The notes: generated by a model not told the origin, from the letters alone. Numbered from the stretch's first letter, positions 1 to 10,645 are shown. The stretch is 64,000 bases of DNA from Synechococcus sp. (GCA_047285305.1 JBJBDL010000003.1:1856001-1920000); one strand, 5' to 3'. Translations and numbers: made by a program.

Positions 1-2217
1 TCCCTCCAGTTCGAGGGTCGAGGCATCTTCCTCAGGAAGGTCGACATCCTTATCGAGGTTGCACTGACGTGCCGTCTCAATGATCGTGTTGACGATCTGA
101 ATCCCGCGGCCACCCTCACGCAGCTGCTGGTAGGACCCCACCAACTCACCCAGTTCCTTCAGACCCTTGTAAAGGCCGGCATTTTCAGCCGGAGGGGTGA
201 GGTAGCTGATGGTGGATGCATAACCCCGCCGCTTGGCGATGGTGGCCTCGGAGGGGTTATTGGCGGCGTAGTAATAAAGATTGGGCAGCGCACCGATCAG
301 AGAATCGGGATAGCAGGTTTCGCTCATGCCCATCTGCTTGCCGGGCATGAACTCGAGGGAGCCGTGGGTGCCGAAGTGCAGCACCGCATCAGCTTTCCAG
401 ATCTTCTGGAGATAGGTGTAGTACGCGGCGAAGCCGTGGTGGGGGCTGGCGCTGCGGGAATAGAGCAGGCGCATCGGATCACCCTCGTAGCCGAAGGTGG
501 GCTGAACGCCAACGAAAACGTTGCCGAAGTGGCGACCGAAAACCAGAAGGTTCTGGCCATCGCTGTTGAGGTTGCCGGGGGGCTTGCCCCAGTTCTCTTC
601 GAGCCGTTCGGAATACGGCGTCAGACGCTCGTACTCCTCAACGCTCATCCGATGGGCTACCGACAGCTCCGGAGAGCCCTGCATGGCATCGGCGTCGTTG
701 ATGACAGCCTCCAAAAGATCTCGTGGCGTGGAAGGCAGGTCCTGCACGTCGTAGCCCTTCGCCTTCATCTCCTGCATCACCCGATGGATGGAGCCAAAAA
801 CGTCGAGGTAAGCCGCCGTACCGACATTGCCCTTGTCAGGAGGGAAGCTGAACACGGTGATCGCCAGCTTCTTTTCGTTGCGCGGCTTGATCCGCAGCGA
901 TGACCAGCGGATGGCCCGCTCAGCGATGGCATCAACCCGGTCTTGAAGGGTGTGAGCCTTGCCAGTGGCATCGTCGCGACCCGAGAGAACGATGGGCTCA
1001 ATGGCGCCATCCAGTTCCGGAATGGCAATCTGCAGAGCCACCTGAACCGGGTGCAGGCCAAGGTCGCTTTGTTCCCACTCTTGGGTGGTCTGGAAGACAA
1101 GGGGAAGAGCAACCATGTAAGGGCGGTTGAGCTTCTTCAAAGACTCAATCGCCTTGGGGTGGTCCTGACGGGCAGGGCCTCCAACAAGCGCAAAACCTGT
1201 GAGGGAGACAATGCCGTCCACCAAGGGCTGCTCAGGATTCAGAGGGTCATAGAAGAAAGCGTTGACCGGCTTGGAGAAGTCGAGCCCGCCGCAGAAGATC
1301 GGAATCACGCGAGCTCCACGGAACTCCATCTCCTGGATGGTGGCCACGTAATGGGCATCATCACCGGTAACGATGTGGCTGCGCTGAAGCACCAAGCCGA
1401 TCACCGGCCCTTTGCGGGCTTCCTCCGAGAGGTCGGTGCGGCTGGAGGTCCAGTTCAAATATTCTTTGAGGTCCTCGAACATCGAGGGAGCCAGGGGGTG
1501 CCAGATTCCAAGGTCGGGGAACACTTCAGGCTCAGCCACCTCCATTGCTGGCCGTTCCTCGCCTTCTGCAGCTGGGAAGACGTACTTATCCGCAAGCATC
1601 AACAGGAAGTTGCGCAGGTTGTCGGGGGTACCGCCCAACCAGTACTGGAAGCTGAGCATGAAACTGCGGGCATCCTGCGCCTTTTCAACGGGCAGGTATT
1701 TGAGAACGGTGGGCAGCGTGTTCAGCAGCTTGAGCATCGCGTCCTGGAAACCAGCTCCTCCGGCTTCCTTCCGCTTTTTCATGAAGCCTGCGATGGCGCT
1801 CTTGCTCTGACCGAGCTGGGCCATCGAGAAGCTGCCCAGCTTGTTCAGCCGCATCACTTCAGGCATGGAGGGGAAGACCACAGCCGCCTTGAGCCGGTCG
1901 CGGTGCGGGGCAACGGCGTCCACAACCTTCTGAGCCAGATCCTCAATAAAGATCAAGGATGCGACGAAGACATCAGCCTCAGCCACATCGGCGCAGAAGC
2001 CGGCGTAGTTGTCATCGTCGCGGAGCTCTTCGATCAGATAGCCGCTCAGCTCGATCCCAAGATCCCCCCCGGAGGCATTGAGAGCCGTGGCTGCCTGGGT
2101 GAGGGCGTTTTGGTACTGGGGCTCCAGCACCACATAAACCGCCTTCATCACGGATTTGTGATTTTGGCCCTCCACAGGAGCAACGCGGCGATCGGCGGAG
2201 CGGACCTGTGTGAACAT
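1..2217 (-). CDS. chlH: Magnesium chelatase subunit H (5' part; continues beyond window start)
   Basis: Reverse strand from ATG at 2217 reads [14 protein letters not shown]..., then motifs [17 protein letters not shown] and [16 protein letters not shown] typical of ChlH. Absent from the ORF track because it runs off the window edge. Confidence 0.95.
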   Translation of the reverse strand, partial: MFTQVRSADRRVAPVEGQNHKSVMKAVYVVLEPQYQNALTQAATALNASGGDLGIELSGYLIEELRDDDNYAGFCADVAEADVFVASLIFIEDLAQKVVDAVAPHRDRLKAAVVFPSMPEVMRLNKLGSFSMAQLGQSKSAIAGFMKKRKEAGGAGFQDAMLKLLNTLPTVLKYLPVEKAQDARSFMLSFQYWLGGTPDNLRNFLLMLADKYVFPAAEGEERPAMEVAEPEVFPDLGIWHPLAPSMFEDLKEYLNWTSSRTDLSEEARKGPVIGLVLQRSHIVTGDDAHYVATIQEMEFRGARVIPIFCGGLDFSKPVNAFFYDPLNPEQPLVDGIVSLTGFALVGGPARQDHPKAIESLKKLNRPYMVALPLVFQTTQEWEQSDLGLHPVQVALQIAIPELDGAIEPIVLSGRDDATGKAHTLQDRVDAIAERAIRWSSLRIKPRNEKKLAITVFSFPPDKGNVGTAAYLDVFGSIHRVMQEMKAKGYDVQDLPSTPRDLLEAVINDADAMQGSPELSVAHRMSVEEYERLTPYSERLEENWGKPPGNLNSDGQNLLVFGRHFGNVFVGVQPTFGYEGDPMRLLYSRSASPHHGFAAYYTYLQKIWKADAVLHFGTHGSLEFMPGKQMGMSETCYPDSLIGALPNLYYYAANNPSEATIAKRRGYASTISYLTPPAENAGLYKGLKELGELVGSYQQLREGGRGIQIVNTIIETARQCNLDKDVDLPEEDASTLELEG

Positions 2218-2334
2218 CAGCGCGCTTTGAGCAATGTGAAGAACCTTACGGCGACTGGCCCTGAGGACGCGAGGATTTCTGATCGGCCGTTACACGAGCC
2301 GACCCATAGGCTTTGAAGCGTCTGCTGCGCTTTC

Positions 2335-3168
2335 ATGACCGCTCCGATTCCCGTCGTTGTTGCCGGTGCCTTGGGGCGCATGGGTGCCGAGGTGATCAAG
2401 GCTGTAGTGGGAGCCGAAGACTGCAGCCTGGTTGGCGCCATCGACAACACTCCTGGCAAAGAGGGGGCAGACGTGGGTCTGGAGCTGGGCCTGGGCGAGC
2501 TGGAGGTAGCCGTGACGGCTGATTTCGAAGGCTGTCTCTGCGCCGTGAGCCAATCAGTGCGGGACAGCGGCAGCGGCGCCGTGTTGGTGGATTTCACCCA
2601 CCCTTCTGTTGTTTATGAACACACCCGTGCGGCGATCGCCTACGGCGTTCACCCCGTGATCGGAACCACAGGACTCTCGCCTGAACAACTCAACGACCTC
2701 ACCGAGTTCTCGGCCAAAGCGTCCGTGGGTGGGGCCGTGATCCCCAATTTTTCTGTGGGCATGGTGCTGTTGCAGCAAGCCGCAGCAGTGGCGGCACGGT
2801 TCTACGACCACGCAGAACTGACGGAGTTGCACCACAACCGCAAGGCGGACGCTCCCAGCGGCACCTGTATCAAAACCGCTGAGCTGATGGAGGAGCTGGG
2901 CAAGAGCTTCAATCCCGAGGAAGTGGAGGAGCACGAATCCCTGGCGGGTTGCCGCGGGGGACAGCGGGACAGCGGCCTGCGGCTGCACTCCGTGCGGCTG
3001 CCGGGCATGGTGGCTCACCAGGAAGTGATGTTCGGTGCTCCCGGGGAGACCTATACCCTGCGTCACGACACCATTGACCGTTCCGCCTACATGCCAGGGG
3101 TGCTGCTCACGGTGCGCAAAGTGGGCAACCTCGGCAGCCTTGTGTATGGCCTTGAGCGGCTGATCTGA
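2335..3168 (+). CDS. dapB: 4-hydroxy-tetrahydrodipicolinate reductase
   Basis: [31 protein letters not shown] motifs. Confidence 0.97.
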   Translation: MTAPIPVVVAGALGRMGAEVIKAVVGAEDCSLVGAIDNTPGKEGADVGLELGLGELEVAVTADFEGCLCAVSQSVRDSGSGAVLVDFTHPSVVYEHTRAAIAYGVHPVIGTTGLSPEQLNDLTEFSAKASVGGAVIPNFSVGMVLLQQAAAVAARFYDHAELTELHHNRKADAPSGTCIKTAELMEELGKSFNPEEVEEHESLAGCRGGQRDSGLRLHSVRLPGMVAHQEVMFGAPGETYTLRHDTIDRSAYMPGVLLTVRKVGNLGSLVYGLERLI

Positions 3169-3178
3169 AGGCGACACC

Positions 3179-3835
3179 ATGCTCATTCCACTCCGCCCCG
3201 GCGAACTGCAACGCTTGATCCCTGCTGTTGCTACAGGCACCCAGTTCCGCGTTGCCCTTGGCAACCCCCAGGAAGTGCTGCAGCGCCTGATGATCGCCGC
3301 CATCGGTGGGGTGATTACGTTCCTGATCTACAACCAGGCGCAGCTCGGTAGCCGCTGGGGCCCCGTCTGGCTGGTGATCAGCGTTGTGTTCTTCCTGTAT
3401 GTGCTTTGGGGCCCGATCGTTCAGGCCGGCCAACGCAATGCCACCCTGCGGCGCTACCCCGCGGCTGCCCTGTTTGAGGGCGAGGTGGCGGACGTGATCA
3501 CGCGAGAGCGGGTGGAAAACCGGCACGAACAGGCCGACAGCCGCGGGCAGCTGGAACTCGTGGAGAACCGACGCACCTGGATGCTGCTCGAACTCGAAGA
3601 TGAGGAGGGTTACCTCGGCAGGGTGGCCTTTCCAATGGAGAAAAAGCACCAGTCGATCCGCCGCGGCAGCCTGATCCGCTGCTTAGTGCTGAGCGAGCGC
3701 AAGGATTTCTCAAAGATCGGAGCCCTCAGCGATGCCTGGCTGCCGGGCATGCGGATGTGGGTTGGCGAGTACCCCTTCCTGCTACGTCCCGCCTTTGAAG
3801 AGCTCTGCCAACTCCGGCTTGGTAGCCGGCGCTGA
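3179..3835 (+). CDS. Conserved cyanobacterial membrane protein
   Basis: 218-aa ORF directly after dapB, two hydrophobic segments, MLIPLRPGELQRLIPAVATG start. Confidence 0.85.
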   Translation: MLIPLRPGELQRLIPAVATGTQFRVALGNPQEVLQRLMIAAIGGVITFLIYNQAQLGSRWGPVWLVISVVFFLYVLWGPIVQAGQRNATLRRYPAAALFEGEVADVITRERVENRHEQADSRGQLELVENRRTWMLLELEDEEGYLGRVAFPMEKKHQSIRRGSLIRCLVLSERKDFSKIGALSDAWLPGMRMWVGEYPFLLRPAFEELCQLRLGSRR

Positions 3836-3846
3836 AGAGAAACTGC

Positions 3847-3875
3847 TGAACATTTCTTAAACCTGGTTTACACTT
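3847..3875 (+). promoter_or_regulatory. Possible HLR1 (RpaB) direct-repeat site upstream of hli
   Basis: tgaaca..ttaaac..ttacac spaced 10-11 bp in an AT-rich leader upstream of a high-light gene. Confidence 0.4.
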
Positions 3876-3899
3876 CTTAGCAATCAAACGGCGGCAACG

Positions 3900-4151
3900 A
3901 TGTCCCAATCTTCTTCCACTACTCCAGTCGTGCGCGGTGCACAGGTCACCACGGAAGACGGCGGCCGCCTCAACGCCTTCGCAACGGAACCCCGCATGGA
4001 AGTGGTTGAAGCAACCCAGGGTTGGGGTTTCCACGACCGCGCCGAAAAATTGAACGGCCGAATGGCCATGCTCGGTTTCATTGCTCTTTTGGCGACCGAG
4101 TTGGCCCTGGGCGGCGAATCCTTCGTTCACGGGCTGCTCGGCCTGGGCTGA
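3900..4151 (+). CDS. hli: High-light inducible protein (Hlip/SCP)
   Basis: [13 protein letters not shown] chlorophyll-binding motif; N-terminal [13 protein letters not shown]. Confidence 0.95.
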   Translation: MSQSSSTTPVVRGAQVTTEDGGRLNAFATEPRMEVVEATQGWGFHDRAEKLNGRMAMLGFIALLATELALGGESFVHGLLGLG

Positions 4152-5338
4152 TGGCCTCGCACTGGATCGGGATGGCTGGCCAGACTCGCGGAATGGCTCC
4201 ACCCCCTCCAGAGATTCATGTTTTGGGCGCTGGTCCCACCGGCGCCCTCACTGCTCTTTCCCTCGGCCTCCGAGGGCAGCGCGTGGTCCTGTTTGACCCG
4301 CTGACGGCATCAGAACTTCAAGCCAGAAGTCGGGCGTACGCCATCACCCACTCCAGCCGCAGGTTGTTGACCAATCTGGGCCTTTGGCATGACCTTCGCG
4401 ATGCATTGGTGCCCTTCCGTGACCTGGATTTGCGGGACGGTGCCACCAACGCCCGCGTTCTCTTCGACCAGGACGATCTGGCATCACCCAATCGAAACCA
4501 TGACGGTATTGGCTGGATCCTTGATCACCGGCCCTTGATGAAGCTCTTGCTGGCTCGGCTGGAGGCCAATAACAACGTGGCCATGCACCTTGACGAACCA
4601 TGCCCTGAGCCAAGCACTGACGCACTGATCGTGGCGGCTGATGGACCGCGCTCCCCCACACGAGAGGCCTGGGGCATCCGTCACTGGAGCATCCGCTATC
4701 GCCAGGGGTGTCTCACCGCCAAAGTCGCCCTGCGGGGACTCCCCCACGACAGGGCCTGCGAGTTGTTTCGCCCGGAAGGCCCTCTCGCCGTTCTGCCCTT
4801 GGGGCAGGGCACTTTCCAGGTGGTGTGGAGTGCACCCTGGCAGCGTTGCCAGCAGCGCAGCACGCTGCAGCGCAGTGCGTTTCTTGATCAGCTGGCCGCT
4901 GTTCTTCCGGAGGGGATTGAACCGGATTTCCTTCTGGATCAACCCCGAGCCTTCCCACAACAATGGCTCCTGGCTCGCCGCTTCCATCGCGGACGGGGCG
5001 TGCTGATCGGCGAAGCGGGCCACCGCTGCCATCCCGTAGGAGGCCAGGGGCTCAATCTCTGCTGGCGTGATGTGGAAGGTTTGCTGAGCGCCGTGGAGAG
5101 GGGAGGCAGCGCCGCAAAAATCGCTCGGCGCTACGGGATGAGCCGATGGCTTGATGTGCTCCAGGTGGGTTTGGCAACGGACCTTCTAGTGCGGGTGTTC
5201 TCAAACCGACAACCGCTGTTGCTTCCCCTTCGCCGTTTAGCCCTGCTGCTGCTGAAACAGTTTTCTGGGCTGCGCCAACTCAGCTTGCGGGCCATGAGTG
5301 ACGGCCCCATGCAGCTCTGGCAAGCCTTGCCAAACTGA
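4151..5338 (+). CDS. UbiH/VisC-family FAD-dependent hydroxylase
   Basis: GAGPTG, AADG, GEAGHRCHPVGGQGLNL motifs; start could be 4151, 4172 or 4193. Confidence 0.9.
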   Translation: MASHWIGMAGQTRGMAPPPPEIHVLGAGPTGALTALSLGLRGQRVVLFDPLTASELQARSRAYAITHSSRRLLTNLGLWHDLRDALVPFRDLDLRDGATNARVLFDQDDLASPNRNHDGIGWILDHRPLMKLLLARLEANNNVAMHLDEPCPEPSTDALIVAADGPRSPTREAWGIRHWSIRYRQGCLTAKVALRGLPHDRACELFRPEGPLAVLPLGQGTFQVVWSAPWQRCQQRSTLQRSAFLDQLAAVLPEGIEPDFLLDQPRAFPQQWLLARRFHRGRGVLIGEAGHRCHPVGGQGLNLCWRDVEGLLSAVERGGSAAKIARRYGMSRWLDVLQVGLATDLLVRVFSNRQPLLLPLRRLALLLLKQFSGLRQLSLRAMSDGPMQLWQALPN

Positions 5339-5358
5339 GCCAAGCGCGGGTCGCGACC

Positions 5359-5571
5359 ATGGTCATGTCCAGCCAGCGGCAACCCCCAGCAACAGACGCG
5401 CTGCTGCAGTTTCTTCAGCGGCGCTTGGGATTGAGTCCAAGCGCCCTTGAGCTGGGGCAACGCCAGGCGGAACTGGAACAAGCCCCCCTCCCGATTGTGC
5501 TGTGGAGCTTCGGGTTATTGAATTTGCAGCAGTTGGAAGACGTCTTCGACTGGCAGAACAGTCAGCCGTAG
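5359..5571 (+). CDS. DUF2949-like small protein
   Basis: [20 protein letters not shown] signature. Confidence 0.8.
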   Translation: MVMSSQRQPPATDALLQFLQRRLGLSPSALELGQRQAELEQAPLPIVLWSFGLLNLQQLEDVFDWQNSQP

Positions 5572-6080
5572 CGCAACAACGCTTCCACGGGTTGGCCGGC
5601 GGGCAAGGCCTGACGGCCTCCGAGCCCCTCCAGCTCGATCACAAAGGCAAAGCCCACCAAGCAACCGCCGGCCTGCTCCACCAATTGTCCCGTTGCTGCA
5701 GCTGTTCCACCGGTGGCCAGCAGATCGTCCACCACCAGCACCCGGGGGAAATTCTCAAAAGCATCAGCTTGGATCTCGAGCCGATCGGTGCCGTACTCCA
5801 GGGCGTAATCCAGGCCCACCACCTCACCGGGGAGCTTTCCTGGCTTCCGCACAGGCACGAAGCCAAGCCGTCTATGGCTGGCCAGGGGTGCCCCAAAAAT
5901 GAATCCCCGGGATTCGATCCCCACGATCAGATCAGGCTTCAGCTGCTCACACACCCGACCCAGCTGACGGATCACCTCGGCCATGGCCTCGGGTGTGCGC
6001 AGCAGCGGGTTGATGTCTCGAAACAGAATTCCAGGCTTGGGAAAATCTGGAATTGAGCGAATGTGCGACTGAAGATCCAA
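5562..6080 (-). CDS. apt: Adenine phosphoribosyltransferase
   Basis: [30 protein letters not shown]. Confidence 0.97.
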   Translation of the reverse strand: MDLQSHIRSIPDFPKPGILFRDINPLLRTPEAMAEVIRQLGRVCEQLKPDLIVGIESRGFIFGAPLASHRRLGFVPVRKPGKLPGEVVGLDYALEYGTDRLEIQADAFENFPRVLVVDDLLATGGTAAATGQLVEQAGGCLVGFAFVIELEGLGGRQALPAGQPVEALLRYG

Positions 6081-6111
6081 ATCCAGGTGACGCGATGGCG
6101 ACGCACCTGGA

Positions 6112-6126
6112 TCATCGCAGCCATGA
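6112..6126 (+). repeat. Left att core TCATCGCAGCCATGA
   Basis: Exact copy at 13824-13838; TCAT/ATGA inverted around a 7-bp spacer. Confidence 0.85.
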
Positions 6127-6272
6127 GGTTTGCCAAGGTCTAAAGCCTTGCAAAAACAGGGTTATGACTGGTTTCTGGGGGGAGAATCACGACTGAGTTC
6201 TACGAGAGTTCAACGACAGCAGAACGGCAAGAGTGGGCATGGGGGATGCAGCATCCAAGGTCCTCTGTAAAT
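6118..6272 (+). repeat. ~155-bp element left-end sequence, copy 1
   Basis: Colinear with 10881-11034; about 20 differences by manual alignment. Confidence 0.92.
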
Positions 6273-6642
6273 GGGTCTCAGAAATATCCGCTGGTTTTGA
6301 AAGGTGTGGGGAAGAGGCCTAATGGACCTCGACTCCCCATTGGCGCGGGAGGAAGCCAAGTGGTCCTCGACTCGCAGCTACAGACCCCTCTCGGCCTGCA
6401 GGATCAAGATGCACTTGCCGCTAGAAAGACCTGCCGAAGCGTGCTGTTTTCTTCAGGCTGCCTCGGTTACCAAAACCCAGCTGCCCTTACTAAGACATCT
6501 GTGTGGAGGAGCGTACGGACTGAATTTGCACACGCAGGGGGGGCAATCAAGCGCTATCTCCGAGCAAGCATCAGCAAGAAATGGAGCGATAGCAGTAGTT
6601 AATGGCAAGCTCCTGCGAGGTAATGGTGCGTATGCGTAGCCA

Positions 6643-6945
6643 ATGTTTCTGAGAGCACAGGCACCACTTCAACGATGCAGTCAAAAACAGGAGTTCTTTT
6701 TCGGACGGCGCATACGAGGTGCATTACTTGGAATCTTGGTTGTAAGTTCACTCTCTGTACAAGCCGCAGAACCCATACGCCTGCAGGTCATCCCATATCG
6801 AATCAGGAGCAACGACATACAAGTCCCACCGCTCTTACTACCGCCACCTCCCCTACTGCTTGAACCGGTTAAGCCGCGGAAACGCAGGCCAAATAGCGGT
6901 AGGGATCAGGGCTGGGACGACGATCTGGATTGGTTGATGGATTAG
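6643..6945 (+). CDS. Small proline-rich, possibly exported protein
   Basis: Hydrophobic segment ending SVQA-AE (signal-peptide-like), PPLLLPPPP tract; start uncertain. Confidence 0.5.
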   Translation: MFLRAQAPLQRCSQKQEFFFGRRIRGALLGILVVSSLSVQAAEPIRLQVIPYRIRSNDIQVPPLLLPPPPLLLEPVKPRKRRPNSGRDQGWDDDLDWLMD

Positions 6946-7092
6946 TCAAATCCACATCGAGAGGGAAGTGCACAAGGACCAGGTCACTTAGCTAGTAGAC
7001 AAAAAGCATCAGGGCTACTCAAGTGGTTATGTATGTTTAGGTACTACGCAGGCTTGCAACTTGCGAGAAAATTATCTAATTTCTAGCGATTA

Positions 7093-7341
7093 ATGGCTCC
7101 ACTTACAGCACTCACAGCACTTGTTTTCGCAATGAGCGGCGCAATCAAATATCCAGCAATCTGCAAGGATACCTATCTAAGCGAGGAGAAAGCTCAAAAT
7201 ATCAAGAACGTCGTAAAGGCCCTTTCTCGCAAGCCTGGTTGCATGCGAATCGGGAATGAAACAATTACTGAAGGAGATAGGGCTGGCGAGGTTTTCCCTA
7301 TCTATACATGCTGCACTTCTATTGAAGCCGAAAGAAAATAG
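7093..7341 (+). CDS. Small Cys-containing, possibly exported protein
   Basis: Hydrophobic N-terminus, 4 Cys. Confidence 0.55.
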   Translation: MAPLTALTALVFAMSGAIKYPAICKDTYLSEEKAQNIKNVVKALSRKPGCMRIGNETITEGDRAGEVFPIYTCCTSIEAERK

Positions 7342-7491
7342 ACAAAAACAACACTTTGTAGCGAGACTAGAGAGCTGTTGCACTTACCCAATTCGCATTT
7401 CCTCTCCTACAAAAGATGAGCAGCACCTGGAGCACTGTTGCCGAAACCGAAAAGCTTTCGCAAAATAAGGAAGTTGTTGAACTACGGCCAA

Positions 7492-7878
7492 GTGAAACGA
7501 CTTCTCCTGATAGGCACCTTGTTAGCAACCGCTCACACTCTGCCAGCAATGGTGCGGACGGAGGCAAGAGAGCTGGTTCCAACAGCATCAAGACGGGCCA
7601 TAAACCTCGCCCGCGGAGCTGCTTCAGCATCTAATGGGGGGCTACGCATCTATCACCCGGCTCGATGCATGCATCTCAATCCAACAAACAACCCTTGCCT
7701 GACAAAACTAGATGCAGAGGGCTTTGAATTCCGCTTCCAGGGAGGCCCCCCTGGCTGGGAGGTGATTGGGATAGCTCCAACGGTCGAGTCAATTGTGCTG
7801 ATCGCACCCGACGGACGCTCTGTTGTCGCTGAAAGCCATGAAGAGATCAAAAAAGCATCGCCGCCAGCTTTACCTTGA
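7492..7878 (+). CDS. Exported hypothetical protein
   Basis: GTG start VKRLLLIGTLLATA (signal-like); RAINLAR..NGGL..Y.PARCM and FRFQGGPPGW resemble a cyanobacterial family; ORF track start is 7438. Confidence 0.7.
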   Translation: MKRLLLIGTLLATAHTLPAMVRTEARELVPTASRRAINLARGAASASNGGLRIYHPARCMHLNPTNNPCLTKLDAEGFEFRFQGGPPGWEVIGIAPTVESIVLIAPDGRSVVAESHEEIKKASPPALP

Positions 7879-8098
7879 CGACAAGACCTATCCAAAAACA
7901 TGCAAATGATCCCCCCTTAACACAAGAACATGATGAGAATGATTTTCTTACGAGCAAATATCCATGCCCCCAGGCATGGGCTTCACGATTTCACAATCGC
8001 ATCTTTCCATTGTCGACTGCCCATTACTGATGCCAGAAACTGACCGAAATCCTCGACTTTCTCCAGAGGGAGTCAGATGCAACAAAGGCGGGCGAACG

Positions 8099-8647
8099 AT
8101 GCATATCCTTGTTTTACTAATCCTTCTTGCGTCAGGCCTAAGTACGCATGCAGCAGATTATCGCCGATACATAAACAAAAGGACTAGGCCCCTGCACGAC
8201 CTCTTGCTAAAAAAACAATTTCTTATAATAACCAACCCTCCGGCATGCGAAATGAACCATCTAATGAGAGGATATTTTATATCTAGATACAGAGCAATTT
8301 ATCTATGCGTAGACAATCTTCTGGAAGATCCAAGGCTGGGTGATATTTCCGGAAGAGAAAAGTTTAATGATGCGAGAAAGCAGCTTAGTACAACACTTAC
8401 GCATGAGGCTGTTCACGCTGCCCAATGGTGCAAAGGCTCAAAAAACTGGACACTATTTAATCTGAGCGGCAGCGGCATGCTTGGAGGATTCAGAGACTCA
8501 GCACTTGACTCATCAACAAAAACAAGAGGCAACAGAAAGTCAGAGAAAGAAGCTTATCTACTCGAGAGCAAACCAGAAATCGTAATGGAAGCGTTCGATC
8601 TGTATTGCCGAGCACTATCCCTTGGGGACGGGAAAAAGAAACTATAA
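8099..8647 (+). CDS. Exported protein with HExxH zinc-peptidase-like motif
   Basis: MHILVLLILLASGLSTHA signal; TLTHEAVHAAQWC and downstream EKEAY. Confidence 0.7.
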   Translation: MHILVLLILLASGLSTHAADYRRYINKRTRPLHDLLLKKQFLIITNPPACEMNHLMRGYFISRYRAIYLCVDNLLEDPRLGDISGREKFNDARKQLSTTLTHEAVHAAQWCKGSKNWTLFNLSGSGMLGGFRDSALDSSTKTRGNRKSEKEAYLLESKPEIVMEAFDLYCRALSLGDGKKKL

Positions 8648-8746
8648 GAATTACTTTAAGGTCTACTCAGTTCTTGATAAAGCCTGTAAGTGCAGTGACA
8701 AATGGCAGCTGGCCAGCCAAACTCGTTGTATTTCAGGGCATTCCAA

Positions 8747-9088
8747 GTGAAGAAGATGCTCCTTATTTCGGTTTTGTGCCTAATGCCCAGTGCTCAAGCA
8801 ATAGATTATGTCAAATGTGAAGCAATACAGAGGGCTGCTGCGCGCCTAAAGTCTTCAATGGATGCAGAGGCACTAGCAGCTCAAAACGCAATCGTTCTAC
8901 CTGCAATGGAGGGGGCTCAAGCCAGATGTTCTACAAAGTTTGTTAACAACGATGTCCTTAACTGCATAAGCATCAACATGGCTACCTTTGAAGCAGAGGG
9001 AAACTTAGCCAGAGAGAAAGTTATCGAGAAATATGCCCCACGTGTTGATCGAGTGCTAGCCGACTATGAGGCCCTGGGCTGCTACTGA
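8747..9088 (+). CDS. Exported Cys-containing hypothetical protein
   Basis: VKKMLLISVLCLMPSAQA signal; 4 Cys in the mature part. Confidence 0.65.
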   Translation: MKKMLLISVLCLMPSAQAIDYVKCEAIQRAAARLKSSMDAEALAAQNAIVLPAMEGAQARCSTKFVNNDVLNCISINMATFEAEGNLAREKVIEKYAPRVDRVLADYEALGCY

Positions 9089-9211
9089 AGATGAGCTCTT
9101 TAATCCTTCTAGTTAGTTTAGGGCTTGGATTTATCTCTCCCTATGGCGCAACAAGCGAGCCTAAAACGTCGGAACAATAAGGAGGCGCTAATAAGTGTAT
9201 AAACATTTGAA

Positions 9212-9412
9212 TCACGCTACTTTGCGTTCCAGCCTGAGAAGATGTCGGCGTCCCGCTGCCGCGGCTTGCTTTTCCTCTTCGATTTCTGCTCTCAGGAAAC
9301 GCTTTCTCTGAGCAGATTCGTAACCGCTCAGATCTTGCTGTCTGGCGAAATGGGGTGTGCGCTTTGGCCTGTCAAGACCCATCAACAGTGGGTGGATTCC
9401 TCTTCGACTCAT
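9212..9412 (-). CDS. Small basic hypothetical protein
   Basis: 66-aa ATG ORF, charged and helical-looking. Confidence 0.5.
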   Translation of the reverse strand: MSRRGIHPLLMGLDRPKRTPHFARQQDLSGYESAQRKRFLRAEIEEEKQAAAAGRRHLLRLERKVA

Positions 9413-9660
9413 TGAAATGTCTGGATATGTGGTTCTCGCGTAGTGGTCTGCCTGACCCAGCCGCGCTTTTCAAGTATCTCGGCATTAAACAAGGATTGCT
9501 GTGTAAGGGACGACATTTGCACACAAACGTCGATCAAGTTGATACCGGCGCCATCAACTGGGTTGAAGCTGATCCTGTGACCCACATCGTTCCAACGGTA
9601 TGAGCTGACCTACATCAAATAACGTTCCCAGAGACGGAAAACGCCGTTAGCTTTATCGGT

Positions 9661-9831
9661 ATGAAACGTTCGAACCTCGCAAATCTGGGCGGCGGCGTGA
9701 TCGTCGCGATCATGGCCCTTGCTGTTTTCGCTGGAGGCGCCAACGCGTGCCATCACAATGCCGAGAAAGTGGAGCAAACCTCCACAGAGCTACCTCAGGA
9801 GACTGACGAGAAGACAGAAATTGAAGTGTGA
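9661..9831 (+). CDS. 56-aa exported microprotein
   Basis: Manual translation: MKRSNLANLGGGVIVAIMALAVFAGGANACHHNAEKVEQTSTELPQETDEKTEIEV. Confidence 0.6.
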   Translation: MKRSNLANLGGGVIVAIMALAVFAGGANACHHNAEKVEQTSTELPQETDEKTEIEV

Positions 9832-9842
9832 GCGCCTTCCGA

Positions 9843-9977
9843 ATGGATGACCGCCTGAAGGTTGCTGTTAGTGCGGTGCTCATCGCGGCAATGTTCGCTT
9901 TTGGGGCTGGTGGAAACTGGTTGGTTTTCTTTCTCCTAGCCGCCATGGCGGTCATCGTGACTTGGGAATTCGGCTAA
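9843..9977 (+). CDS. 44-aa membrane microprotein
   Basis: Manual translation: MDDRLKVAVSAVLIAAMFAFGAGGNWLVFFLLAAMAVIVTWEFG. Confidence 0.55.
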   Translation: MDDRLKVAVSAVLIAAMFAFGAGGNWLVFFLLAAMAVIVTWEFG

Positions 9978-9984
9978 GGCGCAG

Positions 9985-10146
9985 ATGAAAAACCTCCTCC
10001 TGCTTTTGATTGTTGCGATATCCATCTGGGCTGGTGTTGCTCTGGATAGAGCTGGTTGGCGATACAGGAAACAGCTTTGGCAATTCCAAGGGGCCGCAAC
10101 TGGCCTCGTTGTCGGATACCTGCTGGGTCGTTCAAGGCTGATCTAA
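9985..10146 (+). CDS. 53-aa membrane microprotein
   Basis: Manual translation: MKNLLLLLIVAISIWAGVALDRAGWRYRKQLWQFQGAATGLVVGYLLGRSRLI. Confidence 0.6.
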   Translation: MKNLLLLLIVAISIWAGVALDRAGWRYRKQLWQFQGAATGLVVGYLLGRSRLI

Positions 10147-10375
10147 GTGCTCAGCGCCGTCGTTGGGAACGCAAATTCAGCACCGTGTTGATGGCCGCAA
10201 ACGTGACCAGACAGGTGAGGCATAAATCCTCGTAATCCATGCGAGCAATTCAAGAGCCCCGTAGATTGTCTGTCGCCTTCGGCCCAAATCGTTCCGAGAG
10301 TTTTAGATCTGAGCACCGACATAGCAGAAGGAGATGGGCTAGGCCCCGGAGGATTGATGAGGGCACAATTGGTGC

Positions 10376-10645
10376 ATGGATACGAATAGAGCAACCACAC
10401 TGTTGACCCGCGCTGCCTTCGGCGCGGTGATCGCTATACCAGCTCTTTTACTAGTGGACTATTTGGAGAAGAAAGTGGCTTTCAAAGAATGCGTGATGGA
10501 AGAGCTGATGGGGGAGCACGGCAAGAGACAATCTGCCCAGTTCTCCTACAGCTTCAGAGGTGCAGACGGCGATATCGACATCAACGCCTCGCTGGCGATT
10601 GCTCGCCTGAACTGCAAAAGCGGTCGTAAACCCATCGTCTACTGA
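10376..10645 (+). CDS. Membrane-anchored hypothetical protein
   Basis: N-terminal TM segment, 2 Cys. Confidence 0.6.
   Translation: MDTNRATTLLTRAAFGAVIAIPALLLVDYLEKKVAFKECVMEELMGEHGKRQSAQFSYSFRGADGDIDINASLAIARLNCKSGRKPIVY

Noticed and set aside
364..2316. Long + strand ORFs (364-903, 943-2316)
   Set aside because: Antisense shadows of chlH, common in high-GC coding DNA. The same applies to most overlapping ORFs in the track.
6189..6233. Short periodic repeats as a possible CRISPR or iteron array
   Set aside because: Only 3-4 degenerate 11-14 bp units with no spacers and no cas or rep gene; better explained as arm sites.
6246..6639. ORFs 6246-6602 and 6304-6639
   Set aside because: No recognisable motifs; possibly degraded sequence.
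6643..10645. Integron-like cassette array
   Set aside because: No repeated attC-like palindromes between the ORFs and no IntI.
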